A stretch of DNA of 63,927 bases, the filler included, from Globobulimina sp. (taxonomy: Eukaryota): assembly GCA_003354225.1 (NCBI GenBank). It is 33 parts of 33 records of this genome, joined end to end, with 100 filler letters (N's around TTAATTAATTAA, not from the genome) between each part and the next. Parts side by side here need not be neighbours in the genome. Positions count along the whole stretch, not along the records: positions 1 to 1,841 come from PIVH01011337.1; positions 1,942 to 3,782 come from PIVH01011338.1; positions 3,883 to 5,723 come from PIVH01011339.1; positions 5,824 to 7,664 come from PIVH01011340.1; positions 7,765 to 9,605 come from PIVH01011341.1; positions 9,706 to 11,546 come from PIVH01011342.1; positions 11,647 to 13,487 come from PIVH01011343.1; 26 more parts are not named here. The stretch is one strand, 5' to 3'. The notes beneath the pieces are model-generated. The model ran no database searches and was not told where the DNA came from. It worked only from the letters and a program-made list of their open reading frames with translations. Positions within the stretch are counted from its first letter, which is position 1; the number at the start of each line of letters is the position of its first letter. The position numbers and the translations under genes were made by a program. Of this stretch, positions 1 to 11,650 are shown in pieces.

Positions 1-1
1 A

Positions 2-519
2 GGTGGCGGTGGAGCAATTACTGGGAATATTGCTATAAAGAGCGATGTGACTGACTTAAAGAAACAAATACAAAAATTACGAAGTAAAGTGAGATCAGAA
101 AGGGAACAAATTAAGGTAGCAATGCATGCAATTTATCTAATATGATAATATGATATGATATGATATGATATGATATCTGTACTTATCATAATATTGTTGA
201 TATTGGATAATTGCATTGATTATTTAAGACGTTGTCGACTGGGATTGAGACAAAGAAAACAATGTTAGAAGCTCAGAAATCAGAGACCCAGCAGTTGAGA
301 AATGTGTTGCATGCGAAAGATGATCGTATCCAGGAATTAATGAATGATAAGGAAGCATTGGAAAGAGGTATAAATGCGTGTAGTGATCAAAAGGATGAGT
401 TGGAGCTACAATGTCAAGTCAAAGATCAAGAGGTTGAAATTGCTAAAAAAGAAAATGAAAGATTAAGAAAAAAAATACAATTGCAACAAATGTCTATGCA
501 AAATAATCAAGATTATTAA
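2..519 (+). CDS. Coiled-coil protein, 3' part, one intron (116-228)
   Basis: Frame 2 open to AAG|GTAGC; acceptor TTTAAG|ACG rejoins ORF 232..519 in phase; the intron contains a (TGATA)n tract. Confidence 0.7.
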
Positions 520-763
520 ATATAAATAGCTGATTCTTAAATATAAACGATTCCCGACAGATAATCACCACCCCCGGCCCAGGTCACATGTTTTTAGTGG
601 TCGGATTTTGGCTTTTGCAATAGCCATTTAATTGCTGCATTTATTATTGTGTTGCAAACAATCGGTCAATTTTGCATATTCAGATTCAGATTCAGCTATT
701 GTCACTTGTCTGACAGACTGACAGTGACAGAGAACAATTAAAACTGCCAAAAAACTTTATCAG

Positions 764-1700
764 TTAATTATAAGTATGCTTTGCATTTTCCAAATATTTC
801 AACAATTCGTCAGTCATTTGTGTGGTACTCAAATTACCTCCTAAATCTTTTGTACACTTCCCTCGACTCAACAAATATTGGATTCCATCTTCAATAATAT
901 TACCAATGCGAGTCTCCCCCAAATGAGATATCATCATAATTGCTGTTCGCCACATTGATATTGGATTGACAATGTTTTGTCCAGCAATATCTGGTGCTGT
1001 TCCATGAATCGGTTCAAACAATGCATAATTATTATCGCCAAGCGATGCTGAGGGCATTAGACCCAAACTACCATTCATTCCGCCCAACAAATCAGAAACT
1101 AAATCGCCATACATATTGGGACAAGATAACACATCAAATTCTTTATGACCCTCAGCCGCCATCAATCTATAAAATAAATCATTTGTTAACCACTCGTCAT
1201 ATTCAATATTATGAATACTAACATCTGAATCTGAATTGCAAAATACTTCCCTATGGCACTGCAAATATAATCCATCTGATAACGGAGTAATATCTGCTCT
1301 CGTAACCACACTCAATTTAGACCGATTGTTTGCGACACAATAGTTTTTACAAAAGTGTGCAATTCGCGAACTACATTTTCTCGTAATTCGCTTTGTTAAT
1401 TCAACAGTGTTTCCATTGTCTTTGACCAGCTCTTCTTCGGTATATAGATCTTCTGTATTCTCACGGACGCAAATTATATTTATATCCTTAAACTTGCGAG
1501 TATTCATATATGCATTTTTAATGTCGCACGAGACCGTTGGCCTCAGATTTATATACAAATCAAATATTTTTCTCAATGCTAGTATTGGACAACAAAATGT
1601 GTCAACAGTCAAATTAAAATCTCTTAATGTAGTACGGAACCATAATTTTAGCAATGGCGTGATATCTAAAAAACTCTTCCAACATACGATAGTAATATAA
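764..1700 (-). CDS. Isocitrate/isopropylmalate dehydrogenase family protein (5' partial)
   Basis: Motifs RENTEDLY, CPNMYGDLVSDL, FEPIHGTAPDIAGQNIVNP, TKDLGG. Confidence 0.9.
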
Positions 1701-1841
1701 TTTTAGCATATGTTGAATTAGAGAATTTTAGATTTCATTGAATAATGTTGATTGGTAAGAATTAGTTCCAGTGCTCAGTACCACTGTATACCTTAAATCA
1801 AGATCCTTAACATAAGAGGATGTATCAATGGATGGAATCAC

Positions 1842-1941
1842 NNNNNNNNNNNNNNNNNNNNNNNNNNNNNNNNNNNNNNNNNNNNTTAATTAATTAANNN
1901 NNNNNNNNNNNNNNNNNNNNNNNNNNNNNNNNNNNNNNNNN
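1842..1941. other. Artificial contig spacer (N44-TTAATTAATTAA-N44); recurs every ~1940 nt, 32 times
   Basis: Identical 100-nt blocks with a six-frame stop linker; contigs between them fall from 1841 to 1839 bp. Confidence 0.99.
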
Positions 1942-2180
1942 TACATAATTAGTTCTGAAACGTTCAATGAAATCTCAAAATAACTTTTTTTGAGAAACGT
2001 TATTTTTTTTGTAATATACATAAAAGGCCGTGATGATATCATATAGATAAAAAAAAATAACTTTTCTCAATTAAACAAAAAGTTATATGTTAAACAATTA
2101 TAGCATGCTAGTGATGGTGCCTATTAATAAATAAATCATGCGGAAATCTGCTTTAATGTTTTTTATTTAAAGAAATTATA

Positions 2181-3782
2181 TCATTTTTTAATATGAACTT
2201 GAAACACTTCGTATTCTTTTACAGTAAAATTATATTGTCCTGATAGTTGATTTGGATGTTGACGAAACTCAAACGAAACCGGACTAGCATAGTTTTTATC
2301 GACCTCATTACATCGGTCATACAAACAGAGTGAATATCCATTCCCAAATATCGGGCCATATTTTGGATCGTGACAAACCGCATATTTTACATCATTCAAT
2401 TTTATCTCAAATAGCTGTGCTTTATCTTTCACACAAACATTATTTTTCAAACTGAACAAGAATGCGAATTTATCCGTATTGAACTGAAAATGTCTCGGCG
2501 ACTTCCATTTACATTTACTAAATCCGCCAAATACATTGCCATTCTCTGCACACTCAATCACAACAATGGTACTTGCAATGAAATCACATTTTTCATGAAA
2601 CCGATCTGCTTCAAAACCATCCCTTGTCCCTCGGTACAACAATTGTAACCTAATATTTTCTGCATTTATATACAAATTCTTATTTCTCCCAAATATCCCA
2701 CCTAAAAACGACGAATTTGAAGTCTTGGAGTTATTCCTTGAATTATTACCCATGGTATCTCGATCAAATTTGTCTGCCATCATTTGTAGTAATTTTTTTT
2801 TCTGTTTTAAATCTAAAATGTTCGAATCAATGCCACCTTCGATTGCTTTGGTAGTCACATGGCTGACTTTCGAATAATTGCTCCATCCATTATCGTTACT
2901 GCAACACACTCGAATTAGATATCTTGTATTTGGCTGCAACGAATCTAAAATAAATTCATCCGTATCCTGCAACTTTGCTTTTGGTCGCCATTGATTTAAA
3001 TTATCATTTCCTATCGATCCAATATCTAAATCATGGTCATTCTCATCATCGTTTTCTTTTTTTTCTTCTTTTACATGTTCTTTATATTCAACAATCCATT
3101 CCTTTGGTTTTCCAACATTGGCATTCCGGTTTGGATTCATTTTAAAATGAATTTTGCAGCGCGTTAATCCGACGCCAATGACAGAGACCATCGGCGGTGA
3201 CGGTACTTCATTTATCAGCACATTGCCATAATTGGATACGAATTGCAATGCTTTCTGCGCAGTTTCTGATTTACAGTCAAATCTTAAGAAGTTATCATCA
3301 ATGTGGCCCTTTGTGGATAGGTTGATGTCATTCGTGGCACCATATTTATGGATGAATTTTTCGATTTGCAATATACGAAATTTACGTGTTTTCCGATCAA
3401 TGGTAACATCCATTGTTAGTTTGTCCGCATCGCTGCGCGCAGATTGTATGGACAATTGATAATTGGTTAGCTTCTCTTTGTTAGTTTTAATGATTGACAT
3501 TTTTTTGTTGCCCTCAAAGTTTAGTCTCTCAATTAATTGTTGTCTGCGATTGTTTAGTTTACTTATTATTGTATCAAATGCCGCATTTACTTGCGATTTG
3601 CATCTTGAATGGTTCTCTTTTAATTTATTGATTGAGAGTTGGTTGTCTTCAATGGATTGGATCACGTCTTTGTAGGTTTCGTCGATGGAATCAAATGCTT
3701 TTTCTTCTTCTGCAGATATTATGCGACGTGTAGTGTTTTGCCGCGTGACTGCTGCCGTTGTGCTTTTATCGTCATTTATTAA
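2181..3782 (-). CDS. Coiled-coil + FN3 + TLDc domain protein (5' partial)
   Basis: FN3 LQPNTRYLIRVCCSNDNGWSNYS; TLDc LLYRGTRDGF...FHEKCD...GNVFGGF...GPIFG...EYEVF; frame open to the contig edge. Confidence 0.88.
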   Translation of the reverse strand, partial: LINDDKSTTAAVTRQNTTRRIISAEEEKAFDSIDETYKDVIQSIEDNQLSINKLKENHSRCKSQVNAAFDTIISKLNNRRQQLIERLNFEGNKKMSIIKTNKEKLTNYQLSIQSARSDADKLTMDVTIDRKTRKFRILQIEKFIHKYGATNDINLSTKGHIDDNFLRFDCKSETAQKALQFVSNYGNVLINEVPSPPMVSVIGVGLTRCKIHFKMNPNRNANVGKPKEWIVEYKEHVKEEKKENDDENDHDLDIGSIGNDNLNQWRPKAKLQDTDEFILDSLQPNTRYLIRVCCSNDNGWSNYSKVSHVTTKAIEGGIDSNILDLKQKKKLLQMMADKFDRDTMGNNSRNNSKTSNSSFLGGIFGRNKNLYINAENIRLQLLYRGTRDGFEADRFHEKCDFIASTIVVIECAENGNVFGGFSKCKWKSPRHFQFNTDKFAFLFSLKNNVCVKDKAQLFEIKLNDVKYAVCHDPKYGPIFGNGYSLCLYDRCNEVDKNYASPVSFEFRQHPNQLSGQYNFTVKEYEVFQVHIKK

Positions 3783-3882
3783 NNNNNNNNNNNNNNNNNN
3801 NNNNNNNNNNNNNNNNNNNNNNNNNNTTAATTAATTAANNNNNNNNNNNNNNNNNNNNNNNNNNNNNNNNNNNNNNNNNNNN

Positions 3883-4378
3883 GCAACTATTTAGTGACTA
3901 TTTCAAAACAAAAACGGAAAATGGTGACTATTTAGGCAACTATTTAGGAAACATACGCAACTATTTAGGCGACTATTTAACTTGTGTAGGCTCAGAACCA
4001 GGCTCGCAGTGAAATGACACAGTAATTGTTGTAGAATATCACTCAGAGATGCCGCCTTGCTCGACTTTTCTTCACTGAGCAGGAGCAAGCATGAGTCGAG
4101 CATCTGCTCGACTCGACTCGACTTTCATTTTTGCCTTTTTAATCTGCTCGACTCGACTCGACTCCTCCTCATTTTTCATCTGCTCGACTCGACTCAATAT
4201 GAGCAAATAACAACAAGTCAATATGAGCAAATAAGGACAAATAAATTGCTCCAATCTGCTGAGTCGAGTCGAGTCATTCTTCTGCTTGCTGCTCGACTCA
4301 CATTTGTGTCACATAATGGCTGCTCGACTCGACTCGACTCGTTGATATATATTTGGTCGCGAGTCGAGTCGAGCAGGA
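3883..4378. repeat. Short-repeat region: ACTATTTAG-type direct repeats, then (CTCGA)n tracts in both orientations
   Basis: About six ACTATTT copies at 3883-3980; several CTCGACTCGACTC tracts at 4100-4345; inverted GAGTCGAGTCGAG at ~4261 and ~4360. Confidence 0.8.
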
Positions 4379-4445
4379 CGGCATCTCTGTTAAATATTAT
4401 CACTTTATATGTATAATTAAAATAACAATCAGAATTTTAATAAAA

Positions 4446-5378
4446 TTAGTCTGAAACAAATGGCGCATCACCTCCAAATGTTGCAGACTTTATTTGTTGC
4501 TCCTCATTATTTCTATTATCTGCGACAGTCTGCATTTCCATTGATATATTTGCATTGCTTTCATTTTTTGTATATTGATCTTTTTCAACATTGTATTGTA
4601 TATTGACAGTCCATTGCATTGTAGCAACGATGCCAACAATTGTTGCAACAATATACCACATTAAAGTTGCAAAAAGCCAATCTGGTAAACCTGCAACAAC
4701 ACTTCGAACATATCCATTGTACATAAAACCTTTTGTTTTGTCCATGCCATATTCCTCAATTAATTGTGAATCAATTTCACCCATCCAATGAAACGCAGGA
4801 ACAATCACCAAAAGTAAAGAGAACCATACTAATCCACCATAATATGTTGTAACTGGTTCCTTTATTCCTTTCATTATATCTTTTATTTTATTTAATGATA
4901 ATATCTCTTCATCAGCTCCAGGATTCTTTTTAAATAAAAAATAATGTACAATTACAGAAATAAACACATTTATTATTACACCAAAGAAAGTTGACCATGA
5001 TTTATCAATCAATGGAAATGGATCAATACTTTCTCCACCAAATGCTATTCCAATTAATATAACATCACATATCGTGCCAATTACTGTACCCATTAACACA
5101 GCCTTTGTTGATATATTTGTGTAAAGTCCGAAAACATACGCGGGGACAGCCTGCCATAACAAACCCTGTTGAATGGTTATAACAACGCCGTATTCTGCAC
5201 CAGTTTCCCATAAATAAATTGAAAATATTAAACATAAAAACATGGTGCATATACTAACAGTCTTTCCAATATATACTATTTTGTAGGCTTCCCACTTTGG
5301 ACACACCCAATTTCTAAATATATCGATTGAAATTGTATTTGAAACACCAATCAGAGCAGAATCAGCAGTGGACATAAT
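4446..5378 (-). CDS. Sodium:solute symporter-like membrane protein, C-terminal part
   Basis: IMSTADSALIGVSNTISIDIF resembles the SSS-family helix, followed by multiple TM segments. Confidence 0.65.
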   Translation of the reverse strand: MMSTADSALIGVSNTISIDIFRNWVCPKWEAYKIVYIGKTVSICTMFLCLIFSIYLWETGAEYGVVITIQQGLLWQAVPAYVFGLYTNISTKAVLMGTVIGTICDVILIGIAFGGESIDPFPLIDKSWSTFFGVIINVFISVIVHYFLFKKNPGADEEILSLNKIKDIMKGIKEPVTTYYGGLVWFSLLLVIVPAFHWMGEIDSQLIEEYGMDKTKGFMYNGYVRSVVAGLPDWLFATLMWYIVATIVGIVATMQWTVNIQYNVEKDQYTKNESNANISMEMQTVADNRNNEEQQIKSATFGGDAPFVSD

Positions 5379-5723
5379 ACCACCAATTCCGATGATAGGC
5401 AGAGAGCAATTAGAATATACAGCATGAACCATCTGAAGAGCAACAGGTTTAATTGCTGGTCCAGTAAGTCCACCTTTATTATTTGTGATTACCGTATGCC
5501 ATGTTTCTACATTTACTGCCATTCCAAGAAGTGAATTTATAACCGAAAATACATCGGCACCACCCTGTTCTGCTGATTTTGCACTTTCAATAATAGACGT
5601 AACGTTTGGAGAAAGCTTTGCTATGATTGGTCTTGAAAATACTTTTTTGACAGCTTTGATAGATTTCTCTGTCATAACTGGGTCAGCACCAAACTCCATA
5701 CCACCTTCATCAACATTTGGACA
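5360..5723 (-). CDS. pyrD: Bacterial-type class 1 dihydroorotate dehydrogenase fragment, in frame with the symporter part
   Basis: PNVDEGGMEFG, IAKLSPNVTSI, INSLLGM, GGLTGPAIKPVAL, PIIGIGGIMS. Confidence 0.85.
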
Positions 5724-5823
5724 NNNNNNNNNNNNNNNNNNNNNNNNNNNNNNNNNNNNNNNNNNNNTTAATTAATTAANNNNNNNNNNNNNNNNNNNNN
5801 NNNNNNNNNNNNNNNNNNNNNNN

Positions 5824-7250
5824 TAGTTTCAAATCCATTTTCAACCAAATTTGGATAATATTCAGGTAATTTCACTTTTTGCTCCAACCATAACTTGATT
5901 TCATGATCATTGATTGTGTTATTTTGCTGCTGATCCATAAACGTATCCAATTTATTTGTCAATAACAGATGTTGTTTATTTTGCGCTGTTATAACTGTTT
6001 GAATAGAATTCAATTTATTTAATAATACCTTTGCTTTTTTCTGCTGTATCTGGCAACTTTCATTTATGTTATTTTCCAATTTGAAATATTTTTTCTCCCT
6101 AAATTCATCACAATGTCGCTGTTGTATCTGTGATAATAACGTAAATTGATCATTTACACCATTCACTTGTGTTATTAATGCATTTGATGAGTCATTGATT
6201 TGCTGCGATAATAATTCAAATTGCTGATAGTTCGATATTATATCTTTTTTAATTATTTCCTTTATTTCTGACACTTTCTCGTCCTTTCTATGTAATATTT
6301 TTTCAGTTTCAGCACATTTTTTCTTCCATTTATTGTATAACCAATTAATTTTTTCATCAACAAATAACTTTGTATCTTTCATTCCTCTCTGTATTGCAGC
6401 TGTTTGAGATTGGAACACATCCTGACCCTGCATATCATACACATTTAATACATCAAGTGTCGCTGTTATGGATGCGGCTGCTTTAATCGTGAAATATCCA
6501 CACTTTTTTACATAATATTTGGTATAATCAAATGTGTCAATAACAGATATTGTCATATATTCAGCTGCATCACAGGATATTTTGCAAGCAATTCTTAATT
6601 TGGATATATTGGGTGGCAATGCACATAAAATCAAATTAAACCTACAATAATTATATTCGTCACAATAACATTGTAAACACCACATATGGTCAAATATCTC
6701 ACTCTGATACTTTGGAAGATGCATATTTCTTTTAAATTCATACTCTTGTTGATAATCCATATTCATCTTCTTGAAATCGTATGGGAATTTATATTTACTC
6801 AGGTCTCCTGCTTCAAACTTATGAACAAATACAGTGTGGGGGATATACTGAAACGGATCAATATCTTTCTGAAGCACTCGTAAAATCTTAACATAAATTC
6901 GTATATGGATTATTAATGCATTATTGCCTCTTAGTTTTGATGATGGTGAGACGCTGAATGGTGAGGGTGTTTTAATAGAACCAATGAAGGTGTCTGCTGA
7001 ATTAGTTTCATTACATTCAAATCTGCAACACATGATACCATCATTCCATTCTGGTGGATACTTTTTATTTTCTAATTCAATCATGAATTGATCTTTGTTT
7101 TTTTCAGCCATCCAGCATGGATAAATGCATATTTCCCATTGACAATCAGCACAACTAAAATTTCCATATGAACTGTATGTTGCGACATCAAACAAATCAG
7201 AGAAATAATCGTCTGGTTTAATTTTCACGATTGTTGACGCTTTCATATGC
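5824..7250 (-). CDS. MATH/TRAF-like + coiled-coil + start of SAM domain (3' partial)
   Basis: WEICIYP and FDHMWCLQCY MATH-like strands; C-terminal EIKLWLEQKVKLPEYYPNLVENGFE resembles a SAM start. Confidence 0.6.
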
Positions 7251-7664
7251 ATGAAATAATTGAGCCTCTGTGCAAGGAGATGATGTTTTTGACTGATACT
7301 GTCAGAAAAAAAAAGAAAACATGTCTGACAGGTATTGTACAATGCATAGTACATTCATTTTTGCCCACTGATTTAAACCAATGCAATGTTTCAACACCAT
7401 ACCAATTTGAAATCATTAGCATGACATAAATTGGTGGCAATTGCATCTCAATAAAAGTAGATAAACTAAATACATCTTTGATCCATCCAATAACCAAATA
7501 TTCATCCTTCATACCTCCCGTTCTCACAATACGACACTTCCCAGCATTGGGTAAACGAACCTTACTTTGTTTCAACTCAAAATTACCATCCTTCATATCC
7601 AATAAATATATTTTATCAGAATCATTATAATTATAATCCCATACTCCTGCTATCAGAACATAGC
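7243..7664 (-). CDS. Kelch-type protein, C-terminal end (5' partial)
   Basis: VLIAG...SDKIYLLDM blade, then LVIGWIK...LPPIYVMLMISNWY tail. Confidence 0.5.
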
Positions 7665-8228
7665 NNNNNNNNNNNNNNNNNNNNNNNNNNNNNNNNNNNN
7701 NNNNNNNNTTAATTAATTAANNNNNNNNNNNNNNNNNNNNNNNNNNNNNNNNNNNNNNNNNNNNGTGGACAAAATGTAAACAACAAAGTGGATTTAAATA
7801 AAAATAAATATACAAAAAAATTAAATTAAATATTCGTAAAATATGAATGTGATTAACACAATTTATATTAAAGAAAATAAAAATTGAATGTAAATAACAA
7901 CTAATTTCTTTACAAATGGTCCAGCGGTTGCCGCTGGTTTTTAATTAAGGTTTTGTCACCTTCAGCGTATCTTAATGGATCGACAACGAATGGCAGGATA
8001 GTCTTCACCTGCAATTTATCAACAGTGCATGAACGGGAATTCATCGACCGTGAGTAATTCATCGACAACTCGGAGTGGTTCATCGACAGCAATGATGGGT
8101 AATTCTATTGGCTTCTAAACGTCTTTTGATCGCAATTTGCCAAAAATAAGACTTACCAAACTGTTGATTGCATATTGATTGCACTGTGAAAGCACTACCA
8201 GCTGTTTGGTGATGCACATTGATCGCCA

Positions 8229-9605
8229 TGTTGGGTTAAGTCGCAATATCCATTCTTTCTGTTATATATTAGTATATTACATACAATACAATATAGGCAT
8301 TTGCAACCACATCAGCATTGAATGATCGTATATCAATTCAGAACAAAAATGCATTTCCTGAATGGTATAAAAGAAAATATATTTATCATTACAATCCAAA
8401 TAATCGCTTAGATTTCACACAATCAAATCTTATTTGACATTTATAATAGAAATTTTGAACAGAGCCTTTTTTGAAACACGTTTTTAAAACATAGGCCCGA
8501 ATTTGCGCAACGAAAATAAACTGCACCATGCAAAATTTACCTCAAGGATGTAGCACCTCAAGTATTATTGGATTGTGATTCGTCGAATGACGGATGTCAT
8601 GGTGGTGATCCTGACAAAGCATACGAATATATGCTGAAAAACTGCATCACCTCAGAAACATGCGCACCATACGAAGCAGTCGGACATGATACGGGAAGAA
8701 CCTGTGATGGCATGGCTCGATGCAAGAATTGTTCTCCAGGTTCAAGCTGTGTCTACCAAGCTGTGTCTACCGACATGGCTCCGTTAAAGGCGAAGCCGAT
8801 ATGATTGCTGCCTTACAAGACGGCACCATTGCCTGTGGCTTAGCTATCGTGACCGTAGAGAGTGATTTTTGGAATTACAAAGGCTTTGGCATTATTAACG
8901 ACACCACTGGCAATAATGACCCAGACCATGAAGTGTCCCTTGTTGGCTATGGTGTGGATAATGGCACAAAGTATTGGATTGGCCGCAATTCATGGGGTAC
9001 TACCTGGGGATTCGAGGGCTATTTCAGAATTATCAGAGGTACCAATAATTTGGGTATCGAGAGTGGATGCAGCTGGGCAACGCCCGCACAGTCACAAGTA
9101 TGGGTCAATAAAACAGAAACCGCGGATGATGCCTTCAAACATATGCAATATAAAAGAGCGGCGGAACGACCAGCACTCAACGACTGGCACACCATCAAAC
9201 CTGTCATTACTGAGCCATTGCCATCCAGTTATATCAATGTTGCTGCGTTACCTGATAAATTCCAATGGAATCCAATGGAAGGCAAGAAATCAACGTTAAG
9301 TAATGATATATTTTAGTATTTATACAGATGAAATATAATTATTGGCCAACAGATATTCCTCAATATTGTGGTTCCTGTTGGCCGCTTGGTACAACCTCTG
9401 CAGTATCTGATCGATTATCAATCATTCGCGCCGCGACAGGACAGTCAATGTGGCCTGAAATAAATCTCGCTCCACAGGTATTAATCAATGAAGATGGAGG
9501 TGGTACCTGTAATGGAGGAAACGCGCCCGGTGTGATGAGGTATATTGAGACGAATGGCATCCCGGATGAAACCTGTCAAGCCTACCAAGCAAAGAATTAT
9601 CCGCA
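8229..9605 (+). pseudogene. Tandem two-domain cathepsin Z/X-like papain protease; first domain disrupted
   Basis: Exons [50 protein letters not shown]; second domain QYCGSCW..LAPQVLIN; frameshift at a 14-bp duplication at 8743-8770. Confidence 0.8.
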
Positions 9606-9907
9606 NNNNNNNNNNNNNNNNNNNNNNNNNNNNNNNNNNNNNNNNNNNNTTAATTAATTAANNNNNNNNNNNNNNNNNNNNNNNNNNNNNNNNNNNNNNN
9701 NNNNNCTTCCCTTTATTTGCTAACATAAATATAACAGTTTAGAGATAAGTATACTTACGCTTAGTTTGAGGTGGGTTTGGCTGTCTTGTCACGAAATGCA
9801 CGGTACTGCAGCTGGGTCTCTGTACAGCATGAAATGATACAGCCTTTCTCATTTTAAGTATAGTGCTTCGTTCCCTTCATCTTTCTCTGTCTATCTGCTA
9901 TATACAA

Positions 9908-10058
9908 ACACTTTTACCCAAGTGTATACAACTATTATTGACGCACTTATACAAAAGTGCAGCGCAACGCTTTTACCCAAGCGTAGAATACCACCAATAC
10001 GGTCTTATATGTAGTTAAATATCCTGTCTTTACCCAGACAGTTGTACTTTTACCAGTA
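9908..10058. other. Array of five short hairpins with 6-nt loops; three have loop TTACCC on different stems
   Basis: ACACTT-TTACCC-AAGTGT; GCACTT-ATACAA-AAGTGC; ACGCTT-TTACCC-AAGCGT; CTGTCT-TTACCC-AGACAG; TACT-TTTACC-AGTA. Confidence 0.85.
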
Positions 10059-10240
10059 GGTCACTAGAACCGCAGTGTACCCCTATTAAAGATGGAGAGG
10101 GCACCCGTTGTGTAACGGTGTAACGGCAAGCGAGTAATACTAATAATAAAATGTACATTGCAAGTAATATAACCAATTAAATATGTAAAATAACTCAATG
10201 TCACACCACTTAAATATGTAAATAACACACAATTACTTAG

Positions 10241-11343
10241 TCAATCCGCACTTAAAAAAGAAGATTAAAATACGTAATAAAGTCATTCGGTTTTTCACGG
10301 GATTTGCCACTGCCGATCATGTGGAAATTCCCGCATTATTACATGCCACATTAAAGTATCTCTCATCGACGTATATTATTTCTGATATCAGCTCGCTGAC
10401 GAAGGAGATTTATGCGGCGTTCAAATCAAAACATGCCATACAATATATTTTGACGGCATGGGGCGAGACAATGGAGTTTGTGCTGTCCGCCATAAATTCA
10501 GTTGAAAGACCGTCCCATTTCTCCCGATTGTTGATAGAATGGGTCCAAATGGTCAAGGTCAACCTTAAATTGTTCAATATGAAGATTGCGTATTACGCCA
10601 AGAAGCCGTATTGGAATGTTGTGGTATTTTGGTCCACATTCATTGATATATTGCGGACTTATCTCATTTGTGGCACTCCGATCTGTTTATTGATGGATAA
10701 AAACTCGTTTACCAGATCCTTTCTGGATATTTCCCCGCGGTCCAATGTGGTCCAATTCCTTCTGAGCACTTTCAATGAATTTACAATGGAGGAATTTAAT
10801 AAAGGCAATAAAATCAATATTTTTGTGGACCGCGCCCCGTATTCCACCGCAAATTCGCAGCCACAACCTCCAAATCACCAAATTTCCAATGCCGTACCAT
10901 ATAAACGCCGAAACTATAACAACCGCAATAATTACAATAATAATGCAAATAATAACAGAGTGAATAACAACAACAGCCCCCCAAATACCAGGAGGCCAAC
11001 TAATAACCGCCAGAATCGTCCATGGAATACAGGTTATCCGCGCAATGGAAATAACTCATATTATCAGTCGAAGGATACATTGCGGGAATTGCGAGGGACT
11101 GCAGGCGAATGTATGTCAGAATATGGTGCCTCGTACCCATTTGATATCTGTTTATTTTTTTATTGTTTGGGCTCCTGTTTGAATCCAAAGAAGCAATGCG
11201 AACCATCGGCGGATGCCAAGTTTAAACATAAATGTGCCTTTCATCCGGATCAAAGCCATGATTTTAAATCGTGTGAAACGGCGAAATCGAAGCCAGAAAT
11301 TCATAAAAAGTTCATTGCCAAATTTAATGCGTTTAAAGCGTGA
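10241..11343 (+). CDS. Gag-like protein with Asn/Arg-rich linker and C-terminal Cys/His knuckle, resembling DIRS/Ngaro ORF1
   Basis: CLFFYCLGSC...C...FKHKCAFHPDQSHDFKSC after a low-complexity N/R/P linker; frame open from 10222, start uncertain. Confidence 0.5.
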
Positions 11344-11650
11344 CGGGCTGCTAATATGAGTCCATTAACCTATTTATATTTATTGCATGTGGTTTAGTAT
11401 TATAATCACAATGCATTTATAGTTTAACTAAATAAATAGACGTACCGTCAATATAAACCTTCTCGCCTACTATCCCTCTCCCATTGAACTAACCGGTTCC
11501 GGAACTAAAAACATTTCTCTTGGGGATAAAGAAAAAAAGACAAGGGNNNNNNNNNNNNNNNNNNNNNNNNNNNNNNNNNNNNNNNNNNNNTTAATTAATT
11601 AANNNNNNNNNNNNNNNNNNNNNNNNNNNNNNNNNNNNNNNNNNNNAACG

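Noticed and set aside
4057-4416. Short ORFs with STRLD/SSRVE repeats
   Set aside because: Translation products of the (CTCGA)n tracts
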